NCBI GenBank assembly: GCA_963666515.2
Contig: OY762897.2
Span: forward strand, 3,968,001-4,032,000
Direction: 5' to 3'
Length of the DNA stretch: 64,000 nt
Origin: Candidatus Binatia bacterium
GTDB taxonomy: Bacteria; Desulfobacterota; Binatia; UBA9968; JAJDTQ01
The translations under genes were made by a program, and so were the position numbers. The notes below the pieces were generated by a model. It was not told the DNA's origin, did no database searches, and was given only the letters and a program-made list of their open reading frames with translations. Positions 55,224 to 64,000 of the stretch are shown in pieces (the first letter of the stretch is position 1; every line of letters starts with the position of its first letter).

Positions 55224-56237
55224 ATGCAACCGCGACTGACCCTTTCCTGTGGCGAATACAAGCGTACGCGTCCGTTGCTGGACGGGCGCGTGACCGTGGC
55301 AGGCTACGACATCGAGACCGTCCCCGACCCGTTGCCGCCCACGGGGATTCTGGGCGACTACCAGTACCCGCGCACCCTGCGGATGCTGGACGAGAAGGCC
55401 TTCGACATCTGCGAGATGGGCATGGCGCCGCTGGTGACCGCGCTGTCCCAGGGCTTTCCGCTCGTGGCCATTCCGGTCTTTCACTACCGCCGCTTCCGGC
55501 ACCGTTACATCTTCTGCCGCGGCGCGGCGGGCATCGAAACGCCCGCCGACCTCGCCGGGCGGCGTGTCGGCGTGCGCCGCATCAACCAGAGCGCCGCCGT
55601 GTGGGCGCGGGCGCTGCTGCAGCACGACTACGGCGTTGACCTGAAGGACATCACCTGGGTGGTGACCCTGGACGTGCCGCTGCGTGACGCGGTGCGCAAC
55701 GAATTGGACATGGAGGTTGCGCGTCCGGGAGAGAGCCTGGAGGAATTGCTGGTGCGGGGCGACATCGACGCCATGATCGAGGCCTCCAATCTGAGCCCGG
55801 CAGGGCGCGAGGCCGCCGGTGTTCGCCTGCTGCTGGGCGAGGACATGCGCCAGCTCGAAGCGGACTACTACGCCCGCACCGGCTTCTTCCCCATCATGCA
55901 CACCATCGCGCTGTGGCGGGACGTGGCCGAGCAGCACGAGGACCTGTGCCAGGCGCTCTACGGCGCGTTCGTCGAGGCCAGGGCCGCGGGCAACCGCGGC
56001 GGCGAGCCACGGTCACGGTACGTCCTGGCGACGGAGGAGGAAGAGTGGTGGGAGTCGCTGACTCCGGAGCAGACGGAGATTCTGTGCGGCGGCCCCGGGC
56101 TCCCGCGGGACCCCTGGATATACTCCCTCGACGACGACGGCAAAACCGTGGAGGCGTTCCTGGACTACGCCTACGAGCAGGGCCTCACGCCGGAGCGGTA
56201 TCGGACGGAAGATATGTTCGTTGCGCTGAGGAGATAG
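55224..56237 (+). CDS. 4,5-dihydroxyphthalate decarboxylase-like (PBP fold) protein
   Basis: YKRTRPLLDG, FDICEM, RRFRH, LAGRRVGV and YYARTGFFPIMH motifs. Confidence 0.78.
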   Translation: MQPRLTLSCGEYKRTRPLLDGRVTVAGYDIETVPDPLPPTGILGDYQYPRTLRMLDEKAFDICEMGMAPLVTALSQGFPLVAIPVFHYRRFRHRYIFCRGAAGIETPADLAGRRVGVRRINQSAAVWARALLQHDYGVDLKDITWVVTLDVPLRDAVRNELDMEVARPGESLEELLVRGDIDAMIEASNLSPAGREAAGVRLLLGEDMRQLEADYYARTGFFPIMHTIALWRDVAEQHEDLCQALYGAFVEARAAGNRGGEPRSRYVLATEEEEWWESLTPEQTEILCGGPGLPRDPWIYSLDDDGKTVEAFLDYAYEQGLTPERYRTEDMFVALRR

Positions 56238-56263
56238 GGGTGGTGCGGTCCTGACAGGTCGAA

Positions 56264-56294
56264 ACCGTCATTCCGGCGAAAGCCGGAATCCAGG
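56264..56294. repeat. REP-like palindromic repeat, copy 2
   Basis: ACCGTCATTCCGGCGAAAGCCGGAATCCAGG, an inverted copy of 428-458; lies between convergent genes. Confidence 0.8.
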
Positions 56295-56315
56295 AGGGCG
56301 CGGGGTGGAAGGAGG

Positions 56316-56792
56316 CTAGGCCCCCGGCTCCCACTCGATGGTGTCCCCTACCCGGATCGTGCCTTCGTTCAGCACTTGGGCGCGCAGACCGCCCCGGTGA
56401 ACCAGCCCCTGCAGCACGTTCTTGCCCGTGAGCTTCACGAGGTTGGCGCACGGCTCGCACACCCGCAGCCCGCGCATCCGCACTTCGCCCACGGAGAACT
56501 CCCGTCCCTGCACCAAGTGGTTCAAGGGGACCCCGCGCGTGGTGATGTTGCGGCGGCTGTCCTTGGGGTCCAGTGTGGTGCCGTAGTCCCGCTCCATGCC
56601 CTCGATGGCTTCCGCCTCGATGAGCGTTACCTCGCGGTCCGGACCCGGATTGTGCGAGTAGCTGCCCACCTGGTTGCAGTAGCGGTCGCCCTCAAGCCCC
56701 TGGTCGACCACCGCCCGGACTTCCTGAAGGCTCTCCATGTCGCCCTTGGCGTCCTTCGCGATCTGTATCGAGACAACCGATCCTTTGGCCAT
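56316..56792 (-). CDS. MOSC domain protein
   Basis: GLEGDRY, RRNITTRG, CEPC and GGLRA motifs; GGAGG RBS. Confidence 0.88.
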   Translation of the reverse strand: MAKGSVVSIQIAKDAKGDMESLQEVRAVVDQGLEGDRYCNQVGSYSHNPGPDREVTLIEAEAIEGMERDYGTTLDPKDSRRNITTRGVPLNHLVQGREFSVGEVRMRGLRVCEPCANLVKLTGKNVLQGLVHRGGLRAQVLNEGTIRVGDTIEWEPGA

Positions 56793-57087
56793 ATTACCTC
56801 CCTTTAAGGGGGAACTATATCGAATTATATCGAATAGTGCACCATCAGGAAACAACTGAACAGCTCAGACGGGATGAGAGTTTTCGGCATTCCTTGGCGG
56901 GATCGTCGGCGGTCGGAATGGCTAGGCTCCGGCGAATTCTAGCGGTGCCAAGAGGTAATTTGCTCTCCCATTGGATTTACTGAGGGTTCTCTATACATTT
57001 GGATTGGTGGCGAGAACTTTGTCTCTCTTCACACCGATAAACTCCAACTATTGGCCGTCGTTGATGGCAGCCCTCTGAGGATCGAGG

Positions 57088-60000
57088 ATGGAAGTCCCCA
57101 AAGATCTACGCTTCATCTCGCTGAAGTACGCCGGACGTTGCCGATCGTGCGCAACGAGGCTGGAAGCGGGCGAGCGTGCCCATTGGTCACTATCGTCGAA
57201 AAAGGTCTGGTGTATTGACTGCGTAGATGGTGGAGGTGCCTCGGTCCAAGTCGCATCGGACAGAGTAGCAGACGGTTCGCGGGATACGGCTACGAAGGCA
57301 AGTCCCGGCAGTTCGAGCGCGTTAAAGCAGGTTGCCAGCAGCACGCAAACTCCTTGGCAGCAACTGTGTAACTATGCTCAACGGTGCATTGAATCAGAAG
57401 CAGCGAAATCGCTGGTCCCGTACGCCAAAGAGAACTCTCTGTGGTTCTTGCACCTGGGGGAGGAGAAACTGGTGGTTGGGCAATGCGATTCGACACCGGC
57501 GCCCGGAGGACTCCGTGACCAACTGAGATCCCGCATGCGGTCGATCATCTACGGGTGGCCGACTGTCGTAGTAACCGACCGCGATCATACACCCAAGGTT
57601 GCCCCTCTCTTTGCTGTCCAGATCGAAGTGGAATCAGGTCCCAACGACCAGTGGGAACTTCACGCTACCATGGAGCCGGAGTTCAACCTGGCCATCACGG
57701 CGAGCGGTATCTTCGACCCTTCGATCACCGAAGACGTCAGCGACCTGTTGAGTCACGGCTTGCCGTTCGGAGATGCCGACGCTTTTGGCGTCCTCGCCAA
57801 ACAAACTGCTGACCTGCTCGGTCTCGCGATCTTGTCGCCTCTCAAGGCCAGACTCCTCGAAACGAGGATAGGTCGCAAACAAGGCGTCTACAACGCCGCG
57901 ATTTCGGTCGTCGCCGAGTGGTCTGGGTACACCAGCACCCTTCGTGAGGAACTGCGACAACTGCAGGCCCGCGAAGACTGGTCGTCCACGGCTGCCGCCT
58001 GTCTTCTCCTCGACGGGTCCGCGCAGAACCGAAACGAGCGACCTTTGCCCGGACCTCTTGCAGCTCCACTTATATGCAACCAATCACAGGAGGAAACACT
58101 CGAGCGTCTCCGCAGAGCACCACTGACGGTCGTGACCGGCCCGCCTGGGACAGGCAAGACGCAGTTGGTAGTGAACGCGGTTACGAACGCGTGGCTGGAC
58201 GGCGACAAGGTCCTGGTGACCTCGACCAACAATGGTGCGGTTGATGTAGCCGTCGACCGCGCGGAAAGGGATGTGAGTAGCGGTTTGTTGGTCCGCACCG
58301 GCAATCACGGCGTGCGCGAGCAGGTTCCGGACCGCATTGTCGCTGCGTTGGTTCAAGCGGCAACGCACCTCAGCAACCAAGCTGGAGCGCGCGGCCGGTT
58401 GAAACAGGTCGCCACTGGGCGCGCCCAGTTGAGGGAGCAATTGGCGCGGTTGGACGAACTGGATGTGAAACTGCTTCAGGCGGCCGAGGAACAGGAGGAA
58501 CTCAGGCAAGCGTTGAAGGAGGCTGCGCGAGCACTCTGGCCTGACGCGCGTCCTCTTGAACTGCCCATCAGTTCCCACGCAATAGAGCGACGAGCCAGAC
58601 GGTTGTTGCGGACGTGGCTGTTCCGTGGATTTCGCGCGCGACGCTTTCGCAGGCGACTCGGTTGCCTCAAGAACGCTCCATTGGAGCAACTGGTCACTTG
58701 GGCTCGAATTGAGCAACGCATAAGAGAGCTGTCCTCCCAATTGGAAATGGGACGGGCTGAATATAAACAACTGAAGTCCGCGGTGGGCGACCCGGCGACC
58801 AGCTTGCGCGAAGCAGACCAGAAATGGGCAGATGCAAGCCTCTACGCAGTTCGCGCGGACACGGCGACGCGAATCTCCTCTGGAGGTGACCGTCTCGCGG
58901 TTTTCGGCGCAATCCCTGCCAACAGCGATCGTTTTAGACGGGCAATAGGCAATTCGTTTCACCACTTGCGAGGCTGGGCGTGCACTGCATTGACGGCGCA
59001 TTCCAACTTTCCCATGGAGGCGGGGCTGTTTGACCTGGTGATCGTCGACGAGGCCAGTCAGTGTAGCCTCGCGGCCGTGCTGCCGTTGGCCTACCGCGCA
59101 AAACGTTTGGCGGTCGTGGGAGATCCACACCAATTAAATCCGATCGTTCCCCTGAGCGATGGGCTCTTAAAGGAGATCGCCACACAAACGGGATTCGACA
59201 ACGACGATCTGCGTGAGCGCGGCATCCACCACAAAGACGGTTCGGCCTATTCCGCCTTCGAGTTTGCCGCAAGACCGCAAACACCAGTTCTTCTCAACGA
59301 GCACTACCGCTGCCACCCACACATCGCTCGTTGGTTCAACAAGACGTTCTACAAGGGTGAACTCACCGTACTGACGGACGTCTCCGATACATTCCAGCGT
59401 GATCGTGCCATTTACTGGTACGATGTTGACGGCGCAGTAATACGGCCTGCTACTGGAAGTTGGCTGAATCGTGCAGAGGCGGAGCAAACAGTAGAACAGA
59501 TTCGTGGGTTGATCGAATCCGGTTACAAGACCGTCGGGGTGGTAACTCCGTTCACAGCGCAGGCGCGACTCATCGACCAACTCGCCAAGAGACAATTCGG
59601 TGAGGATGTCCTGGAGGACCTGGATTTTGTAAGCGGGACGGCGCACCGCCTACAGGGGGACGAGCGCGATGCAATTGTTCTTTCTTCCGTGCTCTCTCCT
59701 GGGATGTCCAAGAGCGGCGCCCGTTGGATAGAGAAAGAGAGAAACCTCCTGAACGTGGCTGTCAGCCGCGCCCGGCGAGCGCTAATCGTTGTCGGTCACC
59801 CGTTTATGGGAGATTTGGGGAGCCCAACTCTGGCCTCCCTACGTAGTTATCTGCGCGTTGAGGTCGCCCGAAACGACAGCGCTGGTTCGCCGGCTGCCGA
59901 GTTCCGCACGGACAGCATGTCTGAGAAACTCCTGCTCGACGCCATGCAACTCGGGAACTTCCTGCCCTACGCCAAGACCGAGGTAGAGGGGTACGAGTTG

Positions 60001-60231
60001 GACTTCGCGCTGCTGGAACGAGGGATCAAGCTCAACATCGAGGTTGACGGTGATCAGCACATTGACGCCAGAGGTCGACAACGGCGCAAGGACATTACAC
60101 GAGATCGGGTCCTGGCAAAACTCGGTTGGACAGTTGTACGGATACCGGCATGGCGATGCCATGAGGAGATTGACTCAGTGATCGATGAGATCAGGAGAAC
60201 GCGGGACCGATTGCTTAACGCAACCTCTTGA
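57088..60231 (+). CDS. SF1 (DNA2/Upf1-like) helicase with N-terminal Cys4 finger and C-terminal DUF559/Vsr-like endonuclease
   Basis: CRSC..WCIDC, GPPGTGKT, VDEASQ, VGDPHQL, EHYRCHP, QGDERD, NVAVSRAR, and ELDF..IEVDG..H..DITRD..LGW; lower GC than the flanks. Confidence 0.85.
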   Translation: MEVPKDLRFISLKYAGRCRSCATRLEAGERAHWSLSSKKVWCIDCVDGGGASVQVASDRVADGSRDTATKASPGSSSALKQVASSTQTPWQQLCNYAQRCIESEAAKSLVPYAKENSLWFLHLGEEKLVVGQCDSTPAPGGLRDQLRSRMRSIIYGWPTVVVTDRDHTPKVAPLFAVQIEVESGPNDQWELHATMEPEFNLAITASGIFDPSITEDVSDLLSHGLPFGDADAFGVLAKQTADLLGLAILSPLKARLLETRIGRKQGVYNAAISVVAEWSGYTSTLREELRQLQAREDWSSTAAACLLLDGSAQNRNERPLPGPLAAPLICNQSQEETLERLRRAPLTVVTGPPGTGKTQLVVNAVTNAWLDGDKVLVTSTNNGAVDVAVDRAERDVSSGLLVRTGNHGVREQVPDRIVAALVQAATHLSNQAGARGRLKQVATGRAQLREQLARLDELDVKLLQAAEEQEELRQALKEAARALWPDARPLELPISSHAIERRARRLLRTWLFRGFRARRFRRRLGCLKNAPLEQLVTWARIEQRIRELSSQLEMGRAEYKQLKSAVGDPATSLREADQKWADASLYAVRADTATRISSGGDRLAVFGAIPANSDRFRRAIGNSFHHLRGWACTALTAHSNFPMEAGLFDLVIVDEASQCSLAAVLPLAYRAKRLAVVGDPHQLNPIVPLSDGLLKEIATQTGFDNDDLRERGIHHKDGSAYSAFEFAARPQTPVLLNEHYRCHPHIARWFNKTFYKGELTVLTDVSDTFQRDRAIYWYDVDGAVIRPATGSWLNRAEAEQTVEQIRGLIESGYKTVGVVTPFTAQARLIDQLAKRQFGEDVLEDLDFVSGTAHRLQGDERDAIVLSSVLSPGMSKSGARWIEKERNLLNVAVSRARRALIVVGHPFMGDLGSPTLASLRSYLRVEVARNDSAGSPAAEFRTDSMSEKLLLDAMQLGNFLPYAKTEVEGYELDFALLERGIKLNIEVDGDQHIDARGRQRRKDITRDRVLAKLGWTVVRIPAWRCHEEIDSVIDEIRRTRDRLLNATS

Positions 60232-60243
60232 TGGACGCTTTGA

Positions 60244-61353
60244 TTAGAGCCGATCCTGCATCCAGTCCAGCATGTACGGCACGTTGTGCGCCCAGTAGTC
60301 GTGGCTGCAATGGATGGCGCCGCCCGCGGCCGCGTCCTCGTAGATCCTGAGGGTCTTGTCTTCGCTGCCGATCTCGTCGTGGAGCCGCCTGGCGCCGTTC
60401 ACGTCCATCAACCGGTCGTCGGCGCCGTGGGTGATGAGGGTCGGGCAGGTGATGTTTTCGGCGGCGCCCTCCATGGTGAAGTCCTTGAGGCGCTCCCGGG
60501 CCTCCTCGTCGCTCACGCCGCCCAGCAGCCGCTGCACCACCGGCCGGAGGTGCTCGCAGAAGATGTACAGGTCGTCCAGCACGCTGTAGCAGCCGCTCCA
60601 GCCCACCAGCGCCTTGATGCGCGGGTCGAAGGCGGCGAGCCGGGGTGCGTAGTAGCCGGCCATGCTGATGCCGATAAGGCCGATGCGCTGGGGGTCCACC
60701 TCCGGCCGGGATGCCAGGTAGTCGATGCAGGCCTTGCCGGGAACCTCGTAGTCGGCCCGCGTGGGGATGCCCTTGACGTACATGGAGGAGCCGCGTCCGG
60801 GGGTGTCCACCAGCAGCAGCGCCCAGCCGTACTCCGTCACCTGCCGGCCGCTGAAGAAGATCTCCTCGGCGAAAGCGTCGGCGCCGCCGATCAGGAAGAC
60901 CGCGGGCCACTTGCCTGGCGCCGGGTACTTGGGGTGGCAGAAGTAGCCGTCGTACTCCTCGTCGCCGCAGCGCACGGTGATGACCTCCATGGGCGGGTTG
61001 TGCAGCGCGGCGGCCTCGCGGAAGCTGGCTTGGGACAGCTTGAACCGCTCGGCCTTGACGTCGTTCTCGGCGATGGTCAGGAACACGTCGGACATGCGGT
61101 AATATTGGTTGGCGTGGAAGAAGAACTGCATGGCCGTGCGCTCGTGGCCCTTGGAGAGGGCCTCCCGCGCCTTGTCCTCGGTCCGCCGGGCGAGGTCGAG
61201 CCAAGCCCGCTCCCATCCCTTCCTGTCGTCCGGGTCCAGGTCGCGGCACAGGCGCGCGATGTCGAAGGCGTCGCCCCCTCCCTGCTGGGCTTCGGCCACG
61301 AGCCGGAGCGTCTGCGAGCCCATGACGTTGGTGGGAAAGAAGAAGTCGATCAT
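60244..61353 (-). CDS. Alpha/beta hydrolase (FrsA/2,6-dihydropseudooxynicotine hydrolase-like)
   Basis: GGADAFAEE, DTPGRG, GISMAGYYA, HGADD and HC motifs. Confidence 0.85.
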   Translation of the reverse strand: MIDFFFPTNVMGSQTLRLVAEAQQGGGDAFDIARLCRDLDPDDRKGWERAWLDLARRTEDKAREALSKGHERTAMQFFFHANQYYRMSDVFLTIAENDVKAERFKLSQASFREAAALHNPPMEVITVRCGDEEYDGYFCHPKYPAPGKWPAVFLIGGADAFAEEIFFSGRQVTEYGWALLLVDTPGRGSSMYVKGIPTRADYEVPGKACIDYLASRPEVDPQRIGLIGISMAGYYAPRLAAFDPRIKALVGWSGCYSVLDDLYIFCEHLRPVVQRLLGGVSDEEARERLKDFTMEGAAENITCPTLITHGADDRLMDVNGARRLHDEIGSEDKTLRIYEDAAAGGAIHCSHDYWAHNVPYMLDWMQDRL

Positions 61354-61398
61354 GAAGGTCTCCGTCGGGCGGCCGCCGGGAACGGTGGACGCATTTGC

Positions 61399-62385
61399 TC
61401 ACGGCAGGTTGTAGAGCCGCTTGGCGTTGCCCTCGGTGATGTTGTAGCGGTCCTCGTCGCTCAGGCCCGGGACGGACTCGAAGATCGGCACCACCTCCTC
61501 GAAGTTGCGCCCGGTCTGGGGGTCGGTGGCGTTCACCGCGCCGAACATCTCGGTGGCGAACAGCACACGGTCGGAGCCGACCCGCTTGATCAGCAGCTCC
61601 ATGCCCTCGGCGTCGTAGATGGCCATGTCCCAGTAGACCCGGCGGGCCGCCTCCTCGAAGGGCTCCAGACCCTCCTTCACGTGCATGCCCCGGTGGCGGT
61701 TCCACTGGTAGGGCACGGCGCCGCCTCCGTGGGGGATGACGATCTTGAGCTTGGGGAAGTCCTGGAACACGCGCGAGCTGAGCAACTCCACCGCGCCGTT
61801 GTGGTGCTGCCCGATGTAGTACGAGCTGGTGGTGTGGAAGGCCGGGTTCAGCGACGCGCTGGCATGGATGGTTCCCGGTATGTCCAGTTCCACCATCTTC
61901 TCCCAAAGCGGATACCACCACTCGTCTCCCAGCGAAGGCGTCCAGGGCTCCCGGCCGCTGCACAGGTCGGGATTGATGTTGCAGGCGATGAAGCCGTCCT
62001 CCTTGACCCGGCGCTCAAGTTCTTCCACCCAACTGCCGGGGCTGACCCCCGGCGACTGGGGAAGCTGACACACCGGCGACACCTTGTCCGGCCAAAGCTT
62101 CGCGACGCGGGCGATGAGGTCGTTGCATGCCTCGCTCCAGTAGCGGCTGATAAGCTCCGATCCGAAGTGGTGGCCCATGGCCGAGGCCTGGGGCGAGAAC
62201 AGCAGCCGGTCGATGCCGGTGTCCGCCATCCGTTTGAACTGGGAACGCATGGACTGCTCGAGTTCCTCGTCGCTGACGTTGAGCTTTGCGGGCGAGGGCC
62301 GCCCCTGGTTGATGATCTGGCGGGCGCGAAACGACTGAAGCTTGGCCGGCGCCGTGGTGTAGTGTGCGTGAGCGTCGATGATCAC
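61399..62385 (-). CDS. Amidohydrolase, 4-oxalomesaconate hydratase (LigJ)-like
   Basis: MIIDAHAHYTTAP, SAMGHH, CQLPQSPG, PHGGGAVPY and FATEMFGAV motifs. Confidence 0.8.
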   Translation of the reverse strand: MIIDAHAHYTTAPAKLQSFRARQIINQGRPSPAKLNVSDEELEQSMRSQFKRMADTGIDRLLFSPQASAMGHHFGSELISRYWSEACNDLIARVAKLWPDKVSPVCQLPQSPGVSPGSWVEELERRVKEDGFIACNINPDLCSGREPWTPSLGDEWWYPLWEKMVELDIPGTIHASASLNPAFHTTSSYYIGQHHNGAVELLSSRVFQDFPKLKIVIPHGGGAVPYQWNRHRGMHVKEGLEPFEEAARRVYWDMAIYDAEGMELLIKRVGSDRVLFATEMFGAVNATDPQTGRNFEEVVPIFESVPGLSDEDRYNITEGNAKRLYNLP

Positions 62386-62510
62386 GAGCGTAAACCTCCA
62401 GGGAGTCTGCGTGCGGCTCGGGCCGTGTCCCGGCCGTACAGGACAACTACACTAGCAAAGCCCGGTTGGACAGGCTATAGGCTTGGCAAGCTCAGAACCA
62501 TTGGGACAGC

Positions 62511-62613
62511 GCCCTTCGACTTCGTTCGGCAGACCTCGCTACGCTCAGGGCGAACGGAGAGGGACTGTTCGCCCTGAGCGTAGTTCCGCGTCAGCGGAGC
62601 GAAGTCGAAGGGC
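62511..62613. repeat. Long palindromic REP/MITE-like element, copy 3
   Basis: GCCCTTCGACTTCG...CTACGCTCAGGGCGAAC/GTTCGCCCTGAGCGTAG...CGAAGTCGAAGGGC. Confidence 0.8.
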
Positions 62614-62626
62614 CAAGGAGCGTTTC

Positions 62627-63487
62627 ATGGCGGAAATTCCACGTCTCAACGGCGTCATCAAGGCGCTGGAGGGAGGCAAGACGGCCTTCGTGAGCTTCAC
62701 CTCCAACGATATCGAGACTTCCATCGCCATGGCGGGTTCGAAGCTCGACGGCGTCGCGTTCGAGATGGAGCACGCGCCCTTGGACATTCCGGGGCTGAGG
62801 CACTCCTTGCAATACATGCTGGACCGGCGGCAGGTGGTGGACCGCGGCACCCTGGCACCCGCGGTGACGCCCATGGTGCGCATCCCGCCCAACGGAAACG
62901 AGATGAACCAGTGGCTGGCCAAGCAGGTTCTGGACATCGGCATGTACGGGATCATCTTTCCGCACGTCAGCTCCGTGGAGGAGGCGCGCAACGCCGTGTC
63001 GGCGTGCCGCTACCCGCGTCTTGCGTCCGAGCCGCTCTACGATCCGCCGGGCATACGCGGCGACGCGCCCACCCGCGCCGCCCGCTACTGGGGGCTCACA
63101 CAGCAGGAATACTACAAGCGCGCCGACGTGTGGCCGCTGGCGCCGGACGGCGAGGTCCTGGTGGTGATCCAGTGCGAGGAGGTGCGCGCCATCGAGAACC
63201 TGCCGGCCATGCTGAAGGAGGTGCCGGGCATCGGCGTGGTGCTCATCGGCGAAGGGGACCTGAGCCAGGAACTGGGCCACCCGCGCGACTACGACCACCC
63301 GGTGGTGGCCGACCACATCAACCGGATCCTCGAAATCTGCAAGGAGCACGACGTCCCCTGCGGCCACCCCCATCCCAGCGCCGACAACATCGAACGGCTG
63401 GTGGAAGCGGGCTTCCGCTTCCTCATGCCCAGCGCGCCGCGCTCCTTTGCGGTGCTCAACCGCGCCCGGGAGTTGACGGGACGGTAG
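62627..63487 (+). CDS. HpcH/HpaI aldolase family protein
   Basis: FEMEH, PMVRIP, LDIG..GIIFPHV, QCE and IGEGDLS motifs. Confidence 0.88.
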   Translation: MAEIPRLNGVIKALEGGKTAFVSFTSNDIETSIAMAGSKLDGVAFEMEHAPLDIPGLRHSLQYMLDRRQVVDRGTLAPAVTPMVRIPPNGNEMNQWLAKQVLDIGMYGIIFPHVSSVEEARNAVSACRYPRLASEPLYDPPGIRGDAPTRAARYWGLTQQEYYKRADVWPLAPDGEVLVVIQCEEVRAIENLPAMLKEVPGIGVVLIGEGDLSQELGHPRDYDHPVVADHINRILEICKEHDVPCGHPHPSADNIERLVEAGFRFLMPSAPRSFAVLNRARELTGR

Positions 63488-63511
63488 GCGAACGGGAAAG
63501 GGGACGAAGCG

Positions 63512-64000
63512 ATGGCCATGGTAAAGCTGGATCCGCCCGACAGCCTCGGCATGAGCCTCGGCGAGGCCATGTTCACCCAGCGGGCCATCCGCCGGCTCAA
63601 GCCGGACCCCATCAGCGACGAGGACATCCGCACGCTGATGGACGCCGCCTCCAAGGCTCCCAACGCCCGCAACGAGCACCGGGGGCGTTTCCTGGTAGTG
63701 CGAGACCGGGAGAAGATACGGAGATTCGCGGAACTCTACGTCGAGGCTTGGTGGGCGAAGCAGCCGGAGGGCTGGAATCCCGAGAACGCTCCGCCCGGTG
63801 ACAAACATCTCGCGCCCATGCGGCTGGCGGAGGCCATGAAGAACGTGCCGGTGGTGGTGATGGCGGTCTCCACCTCACCCGGGAATGCCAGCTCCGTCCT
63901 CCCGGCGGCACAGAACCTGATGCTGGCCGCCCGTGCTATGGGAATCGGATCGGTGCTGACCACCCTGCACCCCTGCGTCACCACCCGTATCCACGAGCTT
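63512..64000 (+). CDS. Nitroreductase family protein (runs off the window)
   Basis: Manual translation: AMFTQRAIRRLKPDPISDEDI...KAPNARN...AAQNLMLAARAMGIGSVLTT. Confidence 0.85.
   Translation, partial: MAMVKLDPPDSLGMSLGEAMFTQRAIRRLKPDPISDEDIRTLMDAASKAPNARNEHRGRFLVVRDREKIRRFAELYVEAWWAKQPEGWNPENAPPGDKHLAPMRLAEAMKNVPVVVMAVSTSPGNASSVLPAAQNLMLAARAMGIGSVLTTLHPCVTTRIHEL

Noticed and set aside
45718-62577. Long alternative-frame ORFs (e.g. 45718-48054, 50196-52478, 60286-62577)
   Set aside because: They overlap well-supported genes, have Arg/Gly/Ala-rich composition and lack motifs; typical high-GC artefacts.
1-64000. tRNA or rRNA genes
   Set aside because: None recognised by eye; a tRNAscan/Infernal run would be needed to exclude them.

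Overview
High-GC (roughly two-thirds G+C by eye) bacterial chromosome segment. The gene content (many amidohydrolases, enoyl-CoA hydratases, a giant Calx-beta beta-barrel protein, several TA modules) is reminiscent of Binatia/deltaproteobacterial sponge symbionts, but this is inference only. It carries metabolic and transport genes (AEC transporter, YghU GST, ChrA, an SsuABC-like ABC transporter, iolCDEBG, a Cu/Ag P1B-ATPase, aromatic-catabolism-like enzymes) and a 3383-aa repetitive surface protein behind a sigma-54-type promoter. It also holds a complete type I-G (I-U) CRISPR-Cas locus on the minus strand: csb1-csb2-cas3-csb3-[Phd/VapC TA]-cas4/1-cas2-array. The top finding is an unannotated, divergently oriented single-spacer mini-CRISPR (39272-39379) upstream of csb1. 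Its spacer matches the cas operon promoter region at 15/17 nt next to a TTT PAM, with mismatches only at positions 6 and 12. This is a candidate crRNA-guided autorepression (CreA/CreR-like) circuit in a type I-G system. The array's trailer end also contains a 244-bp oversized 'spacer' holding an intact 51-aa ORF, an IS21-type end splitting one repeat, and a truncated orphan antitoxin. Start codons were refined by eye and no database searches were run.
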